Translations under genes and position numbers: made by a program
Shown here: positions 50,499-61,710 of the stretch, piece after piece
Numbering within the stretch: the first letter of the stretch is position 1
Layout: each line of letters opens with the position of its first letter
Notes under the pieces: generated by a model
What the model was told of the DNA's origin: nothing
Databases searched by the model: none
The model's input: the letters and a program-made list of their open reading frames with translations, nothing else
DNA from: Massalongia carnosa
Lineage: Eukaryota
Reading direction: 5' to 3'
Assembly (NCBI GenBank): GCA_965645245.1
Contig: OZ287074.1
Location: forward strand, 372,001-436,000
DNA length: 64,000 bases

Positions 50499-52268
50499 AA
50501 TTTTTGCTTCAATTTTAGTTTTTACGCTATGAGCTCAACTTAATATGATATAATAAATCGATACTGCTAAAATTAATTTATGGTATGAAAGTAGGGTTCT
50601 AATTTACAGTTCACACTCCTCCGCCTTGGTCCAGAATCGTAGGCATAGAATTATAATGACGTACGTACATACCATACCGCCTTGGTATACGGCTAGGACT
50701 GATCCCCATGCCTGCATGTAAGGTACCCGGAGGGAATATCACTTCTAATACATAAGGCAGCTTTGTTGTCAAGTATTGAAAGTTAACGGTCTGGTTGGCG
50801 AGTACTTTGGCATTGCTGGCGCTGCTTATCTGGTTTTAGATTGCATTAAATATAGGTACTATCGGGGCGTCAAGGCGTAGCTTGCGGAGCTGGGCTTGAT
50901 TTGACCAAAAATGACATGACGACTAGGAAATTAACAGTGGGAAGTAGAAAGCATTCGAGACGAGGAACCCAAAGCGAGCTCAATGCCGATCTATACACCA
51001 CTTTCGTAATAGCCGACTATTGGAAGTCAACCACGAGGCCCAATATGTTCTGAACACGACACTCGGTACTCGGCAATTTAAGATGTCGTCGCCGAAAATG
51101 CTAGAATAGGAGGAAATGCGCCAAAGTAATGGCTAAGAGCGGACCTAGGTGGTGGATTTCCTTTAGTCAGCAAACTATCAGAAACAGAATCTTCTACCTC
51201 CTATTTTCATAGCTCACATGATACAATAACGTACTCTAAGCTTGGCTACTATTTATGCCATTTTTTCCCGTTTCTAGACGTAGAAATCTCTCAATCAGTG
51301 TTTGATAGACCAATTGCAGGTGGGTACTTATACGACGTTATTCTAAGAGTATAGAATAGTGAAGGGCCTTCCACTTTGAAGCAAATCCGTCATCACAGAG
51401 GAGAGTAAACCCATTGCCAAGTAGAAATAAGATGTTTGAACGACGATAGTATAGGAAATAGGCTGCATCAAGACAACTGAGGAAAATGGACATAATAAAA
51501 AATTCGAGACGGGGCAGATCGCTTCCTTCTGATAAGGGTACTCTATGGGGGCATCCCATGACTTGATAGTGTTTCTTTCTTATTATTACATCCAAGTTTA
51601 ATATTAGTTTTATTTGGAACGGTTTCTGATGGCGATCTCTGCGTACCTGATAAAATACTGATAACGAGTAGGCGATCCTAAGTGCTCATGACTCAACGAG
51701 CAACGCACTTGAGCCCAGCCTGTAGAGCCGTGACGAGATCCTTCGAAGGTACGTCCATAGAGGAGTCTTTAAGAAAACATAAATAACAAGAACAAAGGCA
51801 AATATTTCGAAGGAAAAAACCCCCTATTAGATGAGAGATATTTTAGCCCAAGCCTAACAGCGACATACTCTTCACTTATTCATTGGGCCAAATTCGATCT
51901 GATTGGATCAGTGTGTTTTAGAATAAAGACAGCCACACGAAAAACAAAATAAAGATAACTGCAACGCGTTAGAGTAAGTACCTCCTCTAGTATAGAGGTC
52001 GTTGAGCGTATGCACTCTACCCCCGATGAGGACAAGATATGCTACCTTTAGAGCCTTGTGATATATGTTTCTAAGCGCCTGCCCTATGATATTAGCTGAA
52101 CGTTGGACAAAGGTCAAGCCTATAAGGATTGTAGGAGGGGTTTTCTAGTAATTTATCGATCGGTTCTTGTTAAAGACAACTATTGTAGCACCACTAATTA
52201 TTTATTTCCATCGAGCAAGTATCGTAGCAAAGCTGTGAACAGCAAATTAGGGCAAATCTATTCTTCAT

Positions 52269-53142
52269 GATGATAATTCTTACTCCGATGTGGTACCAGC
52301 CGAAGGCCGACCCATGCGGGCAAGTCTATGGGATTATATAGGGAATTAATACCGGGACACCCCTTTTCACTACCTTGACACCCTCATTCTCTAGGTTAAC
52401 ACCCCCAAGTAAGCTAACTCGATTGAGTATAAATTTCCCTCGGACGCAGAAACAACTGAAGAAAACATTCTCGATTCGATGAAATTCAGGTGTTTTAGAC
52501 AGTCGTTTGATGCTTTCTCGATGATCGTTTTCAATGAAAATGAGCTTCATTTCGTATTTACATTCGAAAGGCCTGAAACAAATCCACATCATCTACTTCA
52601 ATCGATTGGATAGCTTCACCGGAGACCACCTCTTCATCTTGTGACGGCTCATCATTCCCCTCTCTGCCCCGTCCACGCCCTCGCCCCCGTCCTCGCCCTC
52701 GCCCCCGTCCTCGCCCTCGCCCCCGTCCTCGACCTCGCCTCCGCCTCCGCCTCGGAGGCCCATTCAACATCTCCTCGACATCTTCGAACCCTGCTAACTC
52801 CCGTCGAGTAGAGTTATCAGCCTTTCGTTGCTCTTTCCGATTGTAAACGCATCGCGATTGTAGGACGCATGAAATGCATGCAAGGTATGAGTGCAGAAAT
52901 TTTCGAAGTTCCAGCTCCGGAACGGATAAACTACCCAATCTGGTTAGCTTATTTTGGGGTGTTAACCTAGAGAATGAGGGTGTCAAGGTAGTGAAAAGGG
53001 GTGTCTCGGTATTAGTTCCCTAATTATTTGTTCCTATGGAGCGTAACATTGAATGTCTGAGTTTGCAAAACTTGATTACATGTTTCGCGGTTTGTTTTGG
53101 CCAGCCACATAGACACTTCGGTGTCAAGACGTCGGGAACGCG
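52269..53142 (-). mobile_element. 5'-truncated non-LTR retrotransposon (Tad1-like LINE) remnant interrupted by a TIR element
   Basis: Flanked by the perfect 15-bp direct repeat AAATCTATTCTTCAT (52254-52268 and 53143-53157). 53142-53021 encodes RVPDVLTPKCLCGWPKQTAKHVIKFC, a CCHC knuckle like the LINE ORF2 C-terminus. The 3' end has a short ATC-repeat tail. Confidence 0.75.
52341..53020. mobile_element. 680-bp non-autonomous DNA transposon (MITE-like) with about 89-bp terminal inverted repeats
   Basis: 52341-52429 and 52932-53020 are ungapped inverted repeats (7 mismatches by my count) starting GGGAA, with TA on both outer sides. The interior has a short minus-strand remnant (STRRELAGFEDVEE...GRGRGR) and no full transposase. 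Confidence 0.88.
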
Positions 53143-53180
53143 AAATCTATTCTTCATAAAAATCGCAAAAAATTTTAATT

Positions 53181-53251
53181 TGCATCGACCGGGAATCGAA
53201 CCCGGGGCTGGCCGATGGCAACGGCCAATTTTACCACTAAACCACCAATGC
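53181..53251 (-). tRNA. tRNA-Gly(GCC), intronless
   Basis: Reverse complement GCATTGGTGGTTTAGTGGTAAAATTGGCCGTTGCCATCGGCCAGCCCCGGGTTCGATTCCCGGTCGATGCA folds into a 71-nt cloverleaf with a GCC anticodon; a T-run terminator lies just downstream. Confidence 0.95.
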
Positions 53252-53536
53252 TTGATGATAATAATCAAGTTATTAGATTACATATTGTTAAATGTGTCAG
53301 TGTTAAAGAGTGTAGCAACGACATCGAAACGCCTTAATTAATTAGGCTACGTACCTACCAAGCCATCCTAACCCCAAACGCAGGCGGGATTGGGACTTGT
53401 GAGCGAATTTGTTCGACGGCTTATCAAGCGCATGACAATTGATCGCCACCATAGAGTTGACATGTCGATGACTTATTGGACAGTTTATGGGCTTTAACGC
53501 ACTTTCAGGTTCTTTTGAACAAATCCAACAAGAACA

Positions 53537-54409
53537 ATGCCTAAAACTATGGATTCTATTCCTGATAACCTAAGGGATTGGGTAGGTATAAGCAACCGCT
53601 GCCTCATAAACCTTCCCTTTTCCTAGTCTACAAAGCCAACCTCAGTCTAGGCCCTTGAACAACAAGTCTTTTTTACAGCCTCGGCCCCCCTGGCAGGCAA
53701 GCATGTTAATATCTCCCCTAAAGGGCTCCCGTCATCTACATTCTCAATCTTTGGTCCGAACCAAGCGGCTTATGTTGACGGTACTGGATCAGGATGCGAG
53801 ACCATCAGTCATGTCTATGAAAATGGAAGAATCACCATCATGTTCTGCTCTTTCTCCACAACGCCGCGAATCTTACGCTTCTATTGTAAGGGTAAGGTTA
53901 TTGAATGGGATCAACCGCAATTTGAACCTACGATCAAGAAAATGGGAAGAGAACATATTCAGGGTGCGAGAGCAGTCATATTATTAGATGTTTTTAAAGC
54001 AAGTCTCTTATGTATTTTTATTATAATTCCGCTGATTCAAAGCACGCAGGTCCAAACATCGTGTGGGTATGGTGTGCCTTTCTTGATCACGGAAGAGAAG
54101 CCAGGGTCAGCGGGGGAACTAAATCTAGCCATGAAAGATCGTGAGACATTGGGGCATTGGGTATCGAAGAAAATCGAGAAGAATAAATTGCATGCGTATC
54201 AGGCAGAGTGGAACGCGAATAGTCTTGATGGACTAACCGGTTTGTGTGCTGCGAGAAGAGATGCTGGCGAGCGACTGTGGGTGACAGAGACAATGGCTTA
54301 TATCCGTCGAATTTCCGCACAGAGGGAGGCAGTATTGGTTGGCATTGGAATAGGAGTTCTGTTGATTCTAGCTTTGCAGACTACTCAGATTATGTTCACA
54401 AAGAATTAG
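53537..54409 (+). CDS. Pyridoxamine 5'-phosphate oxidase-family (FMN-binding split barrel) protein, 3 exons
   Basis: VFFTASAPLAGKHVNISPKG, YVDGTGSGCETISHVYENGRITIMFCSF...PRILR, VQTSCGYGVP, WNANSLDGLTG and a C-terminal hydrophobic anchor; introns at 53582-53650 and 53999-54049. Confidence 0.88.
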
Positions 54410-57400
54410 AGATGTCTATGCCATATCCTAAGCGGTCTCAAGCTGTAATAGGGCATCTAGAGAGATAAGAAGTGAAAGGTGGCTGAATACGTGCAATGTA
54501 AAGGATCGTCTCACTACTAAGCATGAACAACTTTCTACGGACTCTAAACCATAGGGATTTTAGGATTCGTCAGTTTTACCTAAGGAATGAGCCATGCATT
54601 GATAATCATCTAGGATGGAGTTTAAGTACTGAATAGAATTAGGTTTATATAATTTAATAAAATCCAATTTTTTGGCTGTAATGGTCACAATTTAAGAAGA
54701 TTCCATATTACCACTTGAGCTTCCCACCAAACTTTACCGAAAATTCTAGGTGCCCAGTTCGAATCCGGCGGTAGTTTTCAACTCGTGTGGGTAGCCCACG
54801 AAGCTTGTTGGCTCTAAGCAATGAAGATGATTCTTGAGGGAAGTAATTCTGCAGAGACATTTTCACCGCCGGATGGCGATATTGGATTACATCTGCTTTC
54901 GATTTGGGGTGTTTGAATTGGTTGGATAATCAACTTTTTTTTGATTACAGTTTATCTATTAGTTATACGCTTCGATCTACTTTTAATAAATAAATAACAG
55001 ATCATCAATACTAAAGTTTATTCTTAGCCAGGTAAGGTAACGTCTTAATCCTACACCTCAGATTAGATTCTTTAAGATACAAGAGGGGCACTGTGCTAGT
55101 AAATTCTCATCATACAAGCGGCCGAGGTCAGGATCTCCCTCAGCGCTCCATGATAACTTACTCTCTACAGGATGGCGGGATGTTCTCAGCCGAAACCCGG
55201 TGAGGTGAGAAGCACATGTTTCAGGAACCAAAAGTAGAAAGCAGCACACGTATCCGTGCAATGCAAGACACATTAAAATCCTAGCCCTACCTGCATATTC
55301 GTGGTGGCATGAACATTTGAGGATCATTGGGCGGGACACCGCGTACACGAAGTAATGGCTTAGCTGCTTCAGTGCTGTGTTACATGGTTCAAGACAAGAA
55401 TCTTGCAACATCAAAGTCAAATGGATGACGAAGCTGGCTGTATGTCCAATATCGGACTGCCGAATTGATTATGATGTCTCGCATCAAAGCCGCTTGCCTA
55501 CAACGCTCTGCGCCTCTGATAGCCATTTTGGAGGCTGCAGTACTCTGTACACCAGAGCTGAACCGTCGTAGCAAGCTCGGAGATGCAGAGCTTGGGAGCT
55601 TGAAGCCAGAATACTTGGATGTTCTGCATCATGATTGGTCAGTCAAGTACAGAGTAGTGAAAAGCGGAGAATCTGATCTCAAGAACGACTGCCCAGCTCC
55701 GAAATCCTAAAGATGAGACACTCGATGTTTTTGTACTCCCTTCTGCCTAATTCACCTCATTGCTCTTACAAGCGAGTACTCCGTACCCCGCCAGGCCCAC
55801 ACAGTAAGGCTAATCGAATTTAGAGACCAACTCATACCAAATTTACTTTTGAGTTACCCTACCCCGTAAATTCCTTTTTTCAGACCCAAACAACTCTCTC
55901 CCGGTTATGGATTGCTCGTAGTTGCATCACAGGATATCTCGTCCACAGACCGCCATCAACGCAATGATCACAGAAAGTCCAATGAAGCGAAACGAGCGCA
56001 TCAACGGGCGCATCCAAACTCGATCACCGATGCAGCAAGGATCGCTTGCTATCTGCCTGCATGGAAGGCCATTTCAGAGGCCTTAGAAGCCGCCAATCGC
56101 AAGAATCACCGGCTGTTTGGGCTAATGCATAACCCTTGTAGATCTGCCCGTGCAATGGGACTGGACGCATGGTGGGGCTCTCTGTGCAACGCGAGCTGGC
56201 TTTGTGATGGTCATGCATGATCCGTGTTGTTTGGTGGAAGGCTTTCGCTGGGCGTTAGGGGCGACCAGCCAATGACGGGCGCCGCTGAAATACACTCCAA
56301 AACTCAAACGATTCGCGGTGAGGAAGTACTAGCAGCGAGAGGTTGACTCAATCGCAACAAACTTGGACATCCTATCATTGAGTCCAAGATTACAGTAGTC
56401 TTAAGACAGCGGCCTGTCGAGTGGGACGTAAGGCGACTCACGAACAGAACATAGCAAAGCAAATGGTAGAAGTAACTTATGACGGATTGGGTTTTTAAGT
56501 GTGTCGATGATTACTATTGGCGGTTTAGCCAGGGTCAAAGTTTCGGGTGCGGACAGGTCCAGGTGCTGCCTGCGCAAGCTTCTCCTTTTCGTTGGGACAC
56601 CAAGGGCGGAGTCGTGCAGCATCCCCCATGAAGACTTATCGTAAGGGAACGGCCCCACGAGCGCAAAACGGCCGGGTACAAGCAAGATTTTAACTACGAG
56701 CCTCCTATTCTGTATACTGGATAGAGCCTCAAAACGCATCCATACGGATCATTGCCAAAAGAAAGGCGCATGTGCCACCAACAGGGCGTCGTCAAACACG
56801 AACAGCCTTCGTGCGGGATGGAACCAAATACTTTGAGGAGAATTAGGCGGCATCGCTTTCGCCTAACCAAAGGGTAGATGCAGTTCCCTTTCAGCTCTTG
56901 TATACTCCGTACAGCGTGCTCTGGAGGTGAGCCCACGACAACATGATACTGCTGACGTGATAAGAGAAAGCCGACGTATCATGCTGACAATACTGATCCC
57001 CACAGACACGAAGTACCTTTACAGTAAATGCGCATGTAATATATTGTAGAAGGTATTGGTTGCTTTGAAGGTGGGGGTGAATATATAGGTCGTTATAATC
57101 ACGCGAGAGGCTGTAATTGAAAGTTCCCCGAGGCAATGGTGAATCAGAAAAGCAGGCAAAACAGGAATGAGGAACAATCAAAAATCCCAGGACTCAGGAG
57201 GACATGTTGCATCATAATGCCTACTGCATTGACAGGTCTCGTGGGGGAACCCAGAGCATCCCAATAAGGCACCCATACTCCCTTCGTAACGGCCCAAAGA
57301 ACAAGTCTCGCTTACCGCTCCAGCAGCGTGAACTGTGAATGGGTGAGAGTACGTTACTCTGCACTAGAGGAAAGACTGAAGGGAGAAAGAGGAGTTGCCT

Positions 57401-58294
57401 ACCTACAGAGCAGTTGCGCTTTGTGAGTCCGTTGTGAATAGCAACAAGATTCTTGTGAACCTTCTTGGAGATTCCAGAATATGACTGCCAAAGCGTCACA
57501 ACCAACACGCACGCAGACACACCTACGGGGGCAAAACCCACAATGATTCATATCAGTTCTTTTCGAGTTCTTGACCCCAGGACTTGAAAGGTGAATGTTC
57601 AACGCTGAATGAAAGATCCAACAAACAGGCCATCACACCGTACCGCCGAGAGAATTTGCAGTCATACAAAAATACCGAATCACTTCGTCCGCCTTTTTAT
57701 TATTCATTACCAATTCCCCAGTTACCAATCACTTGAATACTCACCCCCTCTTGACGGTGACCCCCTTGTTCTGGTCTGGGTTTTGCTGCGCCAGAATTGC
57801 CGCTAGCCAATATATTCACCCCTGGTCGGTGTACTAAATACCCGGACGCACACGTACATATAATCTAGCCCAGCCTCTTCCTTTCGTCTGTCCTCGTTTC
57901 CCTTCCCCTTCCTATCAACATCCATTCCATAAAAATACTCGTCGAGATCAATTCGATCATAGTACTCTGTACTCCTCACAGGGTATTCCGTACTCCTCAC
58001 ACATCGAAAAAGAAAGGTTTTCGAGCCTTGACCAGTTTGCTCGTTCTTTGGATCACCCGGTCCATCAATCTCCATCATCTTGGATTTTCCCAACTTCCAG
58101 CAATCCACCCGACCGACCCTATGTTTGAGAGAAAGTGCCAGAGTCCTCCTTTCCTCTTCCTTCGACACAACGACGCCCCCCGGCAACGGGCGACTGCCTA
58201 CCTTACAGTTGATATCCTCTGTCCAGACCGAAGTCAGAGATCATACCCGACTTGTATATAACACCTCTTATCCTTATGCGAACTCGACCACAAC

Positions 58295-59512
58295 ATGTAC
58301 CATTACTCCGTTCCCCCACCGGGGTATGTTCGTTACGAGTACACTACCTCAGCATCTACCTCTCCGTCGAGCTCTCCATCGCCCGACCATGCATACGCAT
58401 ACTACACACATCACCACAAGACGACAACCGCGTCGCCAACATCTCGTCACACAAACGCGAGACATGCTCGAAAGGAGAGTTACTCCAGTCCTCGAGGACC
58501 AGCTGCCTGGCACTCGCCCCCGGTGTATCCGTCGCCCGAGTATTACGCAACGCTACCGGACTATCATAACTCACGAGGGGGCCAGCCATATGTGAGTCTT
58601 CACGGAAAACCTCGCCGTTTCCCAAGCACTGGTGGCGGTGGCGGTGGCAAAGGCAATTCGTCAATGCGACACGCGTCCATGGAATCGCCGACCCAGCGCA
58701 TCATCATAGATACGTCTGACGAAGCAGATGATTCACCTATGTACACATACATCAAGCCCCGAACCAGTCACCACAAGGAAAGGTCAGCCAAAGCTGATCC
58801 GCATTTCTTCTACAATCAGGGGCCTGCCTATGACGATACCTCTGACTCACAACCCGATCGGTCGCGTGCACGTCGATCATCCCAGCCCACAAAATCTAGA
58901 CCAGCGGTGGCAACAAAACCCGTCACGCCGTCCCGACAGGCAACGGCAGCAGATGCCGCCAAGGCCAACGTTCCGGCTGGTTTTTCCCTCAAGAACTGGG
59001 ATCCAGCTGAAGCCCCCATTTTGTTGCTTGGCAGCGTCTTTGATGCTAACTCGCTCGGTAAATGGATCTATGACTGGACAGTCTTTTACCACCGTCCCGC
59101 GACACCTATCACCGAGGTCGCAGGTGATCTCTGGCTGCTCATAATCAAGCTAGCTGGGAAAATGGCTAGGGCCGACGAATGCTTGGCTCGCATCAAATCG
59201 CGGCACAACTATGAGATGGTGGAGGACTTTTTGAAGAGTGGTGATCGATTGTGGGGTCGCCTCAGCGCTCTCCTCAGAGCCTGCGAAGCATATATGTGGG
59301 GGCCTGCAAGTAAAGGTCAATCCAAGGGGTCAGCGCGCATGAGCAAGAACGCGGGGTGCGAGTTTGTTGACGCAATGTTTGGACGCGACCGGGAGTTGGA
59401 GAAGACGGAGTCCTTGATGCAGAGCATCCGGCTGTGGGACATACGCTTTGATGCCAACTGCGAGGATATTCTACGGCGTTCCTCGAAATCACGGCGGTCT
59501 TCGGGCGAATAG
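58295..59512 (+). CDS. Conserved fungal hypothetical protein (family often auto-labelled 'vegetative cell wall protein gp1')
   Basis: 405-aa single-exon ORF with a disordered N-half and a conserved C-domain PAGFSLKNWDPAEAPILLLGSVFDANSLGKWIYDWTV...FVDAMFGRDRELEKTE. Confidence 0.82.
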   Translation: MYHYSVPPPGYVRYEYTTSASTSPSSSPSPDHAYAYYTHHHKTTTASPTSRHTNARHARKESYSSPRGPAAWHSPPVYPSPEYYATLPDYHNSRGGQPYVSLHGKPRRFPSTGGGGGGKGNSSMRHASMESPTQRIIIDTSDEADDSPMYTYIKPRTSHHKERSAKADPHFFYNQGPAYDDTSDSQPDRSRARRSSQPTKSRPAVATKPVTPSRQATAADAAKANVPAGFSLKNWDPAEAPILLLGSVFDANSLGKWIYDWTVFYHRPATPITEVAGDLWLLIIKLAGKMARADECLARIKSRHNYEMVEDFLKSGDRLWGRLSALLRACEAYMWGPASKGQSKGSARMSKNAGCEFVDAMFGRDRELEKTESLMQSIRLWDIRFDANCEDILRRSSKSRRSSGE

Positions 59513-61410
59513 AATTCAGGGTTAAGGGATGCTTCCATCAATCGGAGTCATTTGCATGCATTCCGGGGACAGCCATGTGCAACCTTTGCTTATAGCTTTT
59601 GGTTTCTCCGAGGTCTTTTGCCAGTTCTTGTTGCTTCCATGATACCACCTTTGCGATGCTTGGGTTTGAGTTGTTTTCATTTGGCGTGTTGGAAGATGGT
59701 CACTGTCAGCGAAGCATTTGATGGTTGCGATGACTGTATCATTATGGGCATTCCCTATTCATGCATCCATCTGGGAGGGGGTTTATCATTTCTTTTCTAA
59801 AATCTTTGTACCGGTCTGACCTTTCTTGTCTCGGAGTCACCATCTCCCACCCACCCACCGTCAGTCCGTTCACGATGAAAAGCTCGATTAAAAAAATTTT
59901 TGGCGAGAGGATTACGATGGAGCAACACCTATCTACCTGTAATTAATACTCGTGCATCTTTTATTGCCATTATACCCCACCAGCTAGTTTTTACAAAAAA
60001 AAATTAAAAAAATTAAGACTCCCATGTCCTCTACTCTACCAGCCACCCAGCCCACCCCTGGAGAATTAAGTCTCCCCGATTTCACAATCCCGTTCGTTTC
60101 CCGTGAACTAAACACCACCCGTCTTCCAGCCACTTCCAATATTATAATCCCAATATCATAATCCCACCTTCCCTTCCAAGACTTAACTCCAGCCTCCACC
60201 CGCACATTTGCACATCTCAGGTACTCTGTACCTCAGCGCCATCCCGTTCCATAGACAGCCACTCACAGCCTAAGAGACGGCATCGCAACCGCGCCCCGCA
60301 GCGCGCCATACGTCCAATATTCCCAGCGCGTTGCAACCCTACCCAGGTAACGTATTCCGAGGGAGTAGGTACGTTTAACTAAGAAGGCAGGTATGACGAT
60401 TTGGCAACCCAGGATCGCCAAGCCGGATTCCCCCAGTCTATGGGTTTTCTGTCGGGGCTTCTTTCCGAGCTTCTAGCCGCCGAAGAACGGCTTGTCCAAG
60501 GATGGAATGGCGGGAGGGAAAGGAGGGAGGGAGAGATTGTTGGCTTTGTCACTTTCTCCGATGACATTAGGTAATGCATACCTTCCTCCACCAGGCACTC
60601 TGTACTCTAGGTGAGGTATGTAGGTACCTAGCTGGGAAGGGATCTGTTGTACTCGGTAGTTACGGAGCATGCCGCCGCCCCTTCGTGTCCATGCAGTCGC
60701 ATTGCATAATTAGCCGTGATCTCGACGGCTTGGCACTTGGTGTTTCCTTTTTCTCATCCCTAAATAATACGTAATCCAACACGGTTCCTTCGCTACTCGA
60801 TTAGAAAACGAGCCACACTGTTTGTTTTACTCGCCGCCTTATTCTTCACAGTCACACTTTGATAAGTTAGTTACTTTGGAACCGGTCTATTTTTAGATTC
60901 GCATCGAAGAGGTGGTGCAGAAGGAAACACACAGTAAGCGCACTGATAACTGCTGCTGCTGATGCTGCGGCTTATGATTACGTGCTGAGTTTGTTTCTTT
61001 CTTTACTTTTGTCGGCGTTGGGGGAGATCGAGGTGGGCAAGAAATAAGCAAGGGGGTAAACGGTGAGGATGCATGGGGGGCACGGTAAGGTGGGATCTGT
61101 TCTGGGAATTGCGGGTTATTCTAGTTATGGATATGATATGGGGGGGAGGGAGAGAGGGGGAGAGTTTCTTTGCAGGAGTATACCATTACAGTAGGATCGT
61201 GATTGATGGATTTGATGGGTGATGTGAAAAGTAACTGGTTAGCCAGTTGCTGACACTAGTCACTATCACTCTCTGTCATCATCATCACTACCATCACTGT
61301 CTCACTACCACCATCCGCAAGCTCTCATCCCAAGTACCGAGTAAGGGTTTTGGCGTTTTCTCATCGCTGATCCTTAACTATGCGTTTTCCGTTCCGGGCG
61401 GAGTGCTCTC

Positions 61411-61462
61411 TATCGCTATCACTATCACTATCACTATCGCTATCGCTATCGCTATCGCTATC
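61411..61462. repeat. (TATCRC)n hexamer repeat
   Basis: Alternating blocks of TATCAC and TATCGC units. Confidence 0.85.
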
Positions 61463-61663
61463 ACCATCACCCCCAACCCCTCCCCCTCTATCCATCTTTC
61501 TCATCCATTCCCCTTTCCACCCAAGCTAGTTAGCCGCCATTTCAACCAAACGCTCGTGCCCCCACTTGCGCCCCCTTTTATAATATAACTAGTTATCAGC
61601 CTCCAACGCGCCACCCGCAATGCCCAACTTGCATAATTCCAATCACGCAGGATGCTCGATGGA

Positions 61664-61710
<47 letters not shown>
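61664..61710. repeat. (ATT)n microsatellite, about 15 copies
   Basis: Directly visible. Confidence 0.95.

Noticed and set aside
54674..54778. B-box-like GTTCGAATCC at about 54757 followed by a T-run, with an upstream GTAATG..TAG stretch; considered as a second intron-split tRNA
   Set aside because: The T stem pairs poorly, and no D arm, anticodon arm or convincing acceptor stem forms with or without removing the GT-AG stretch. At most a decayed tRNA fragment.
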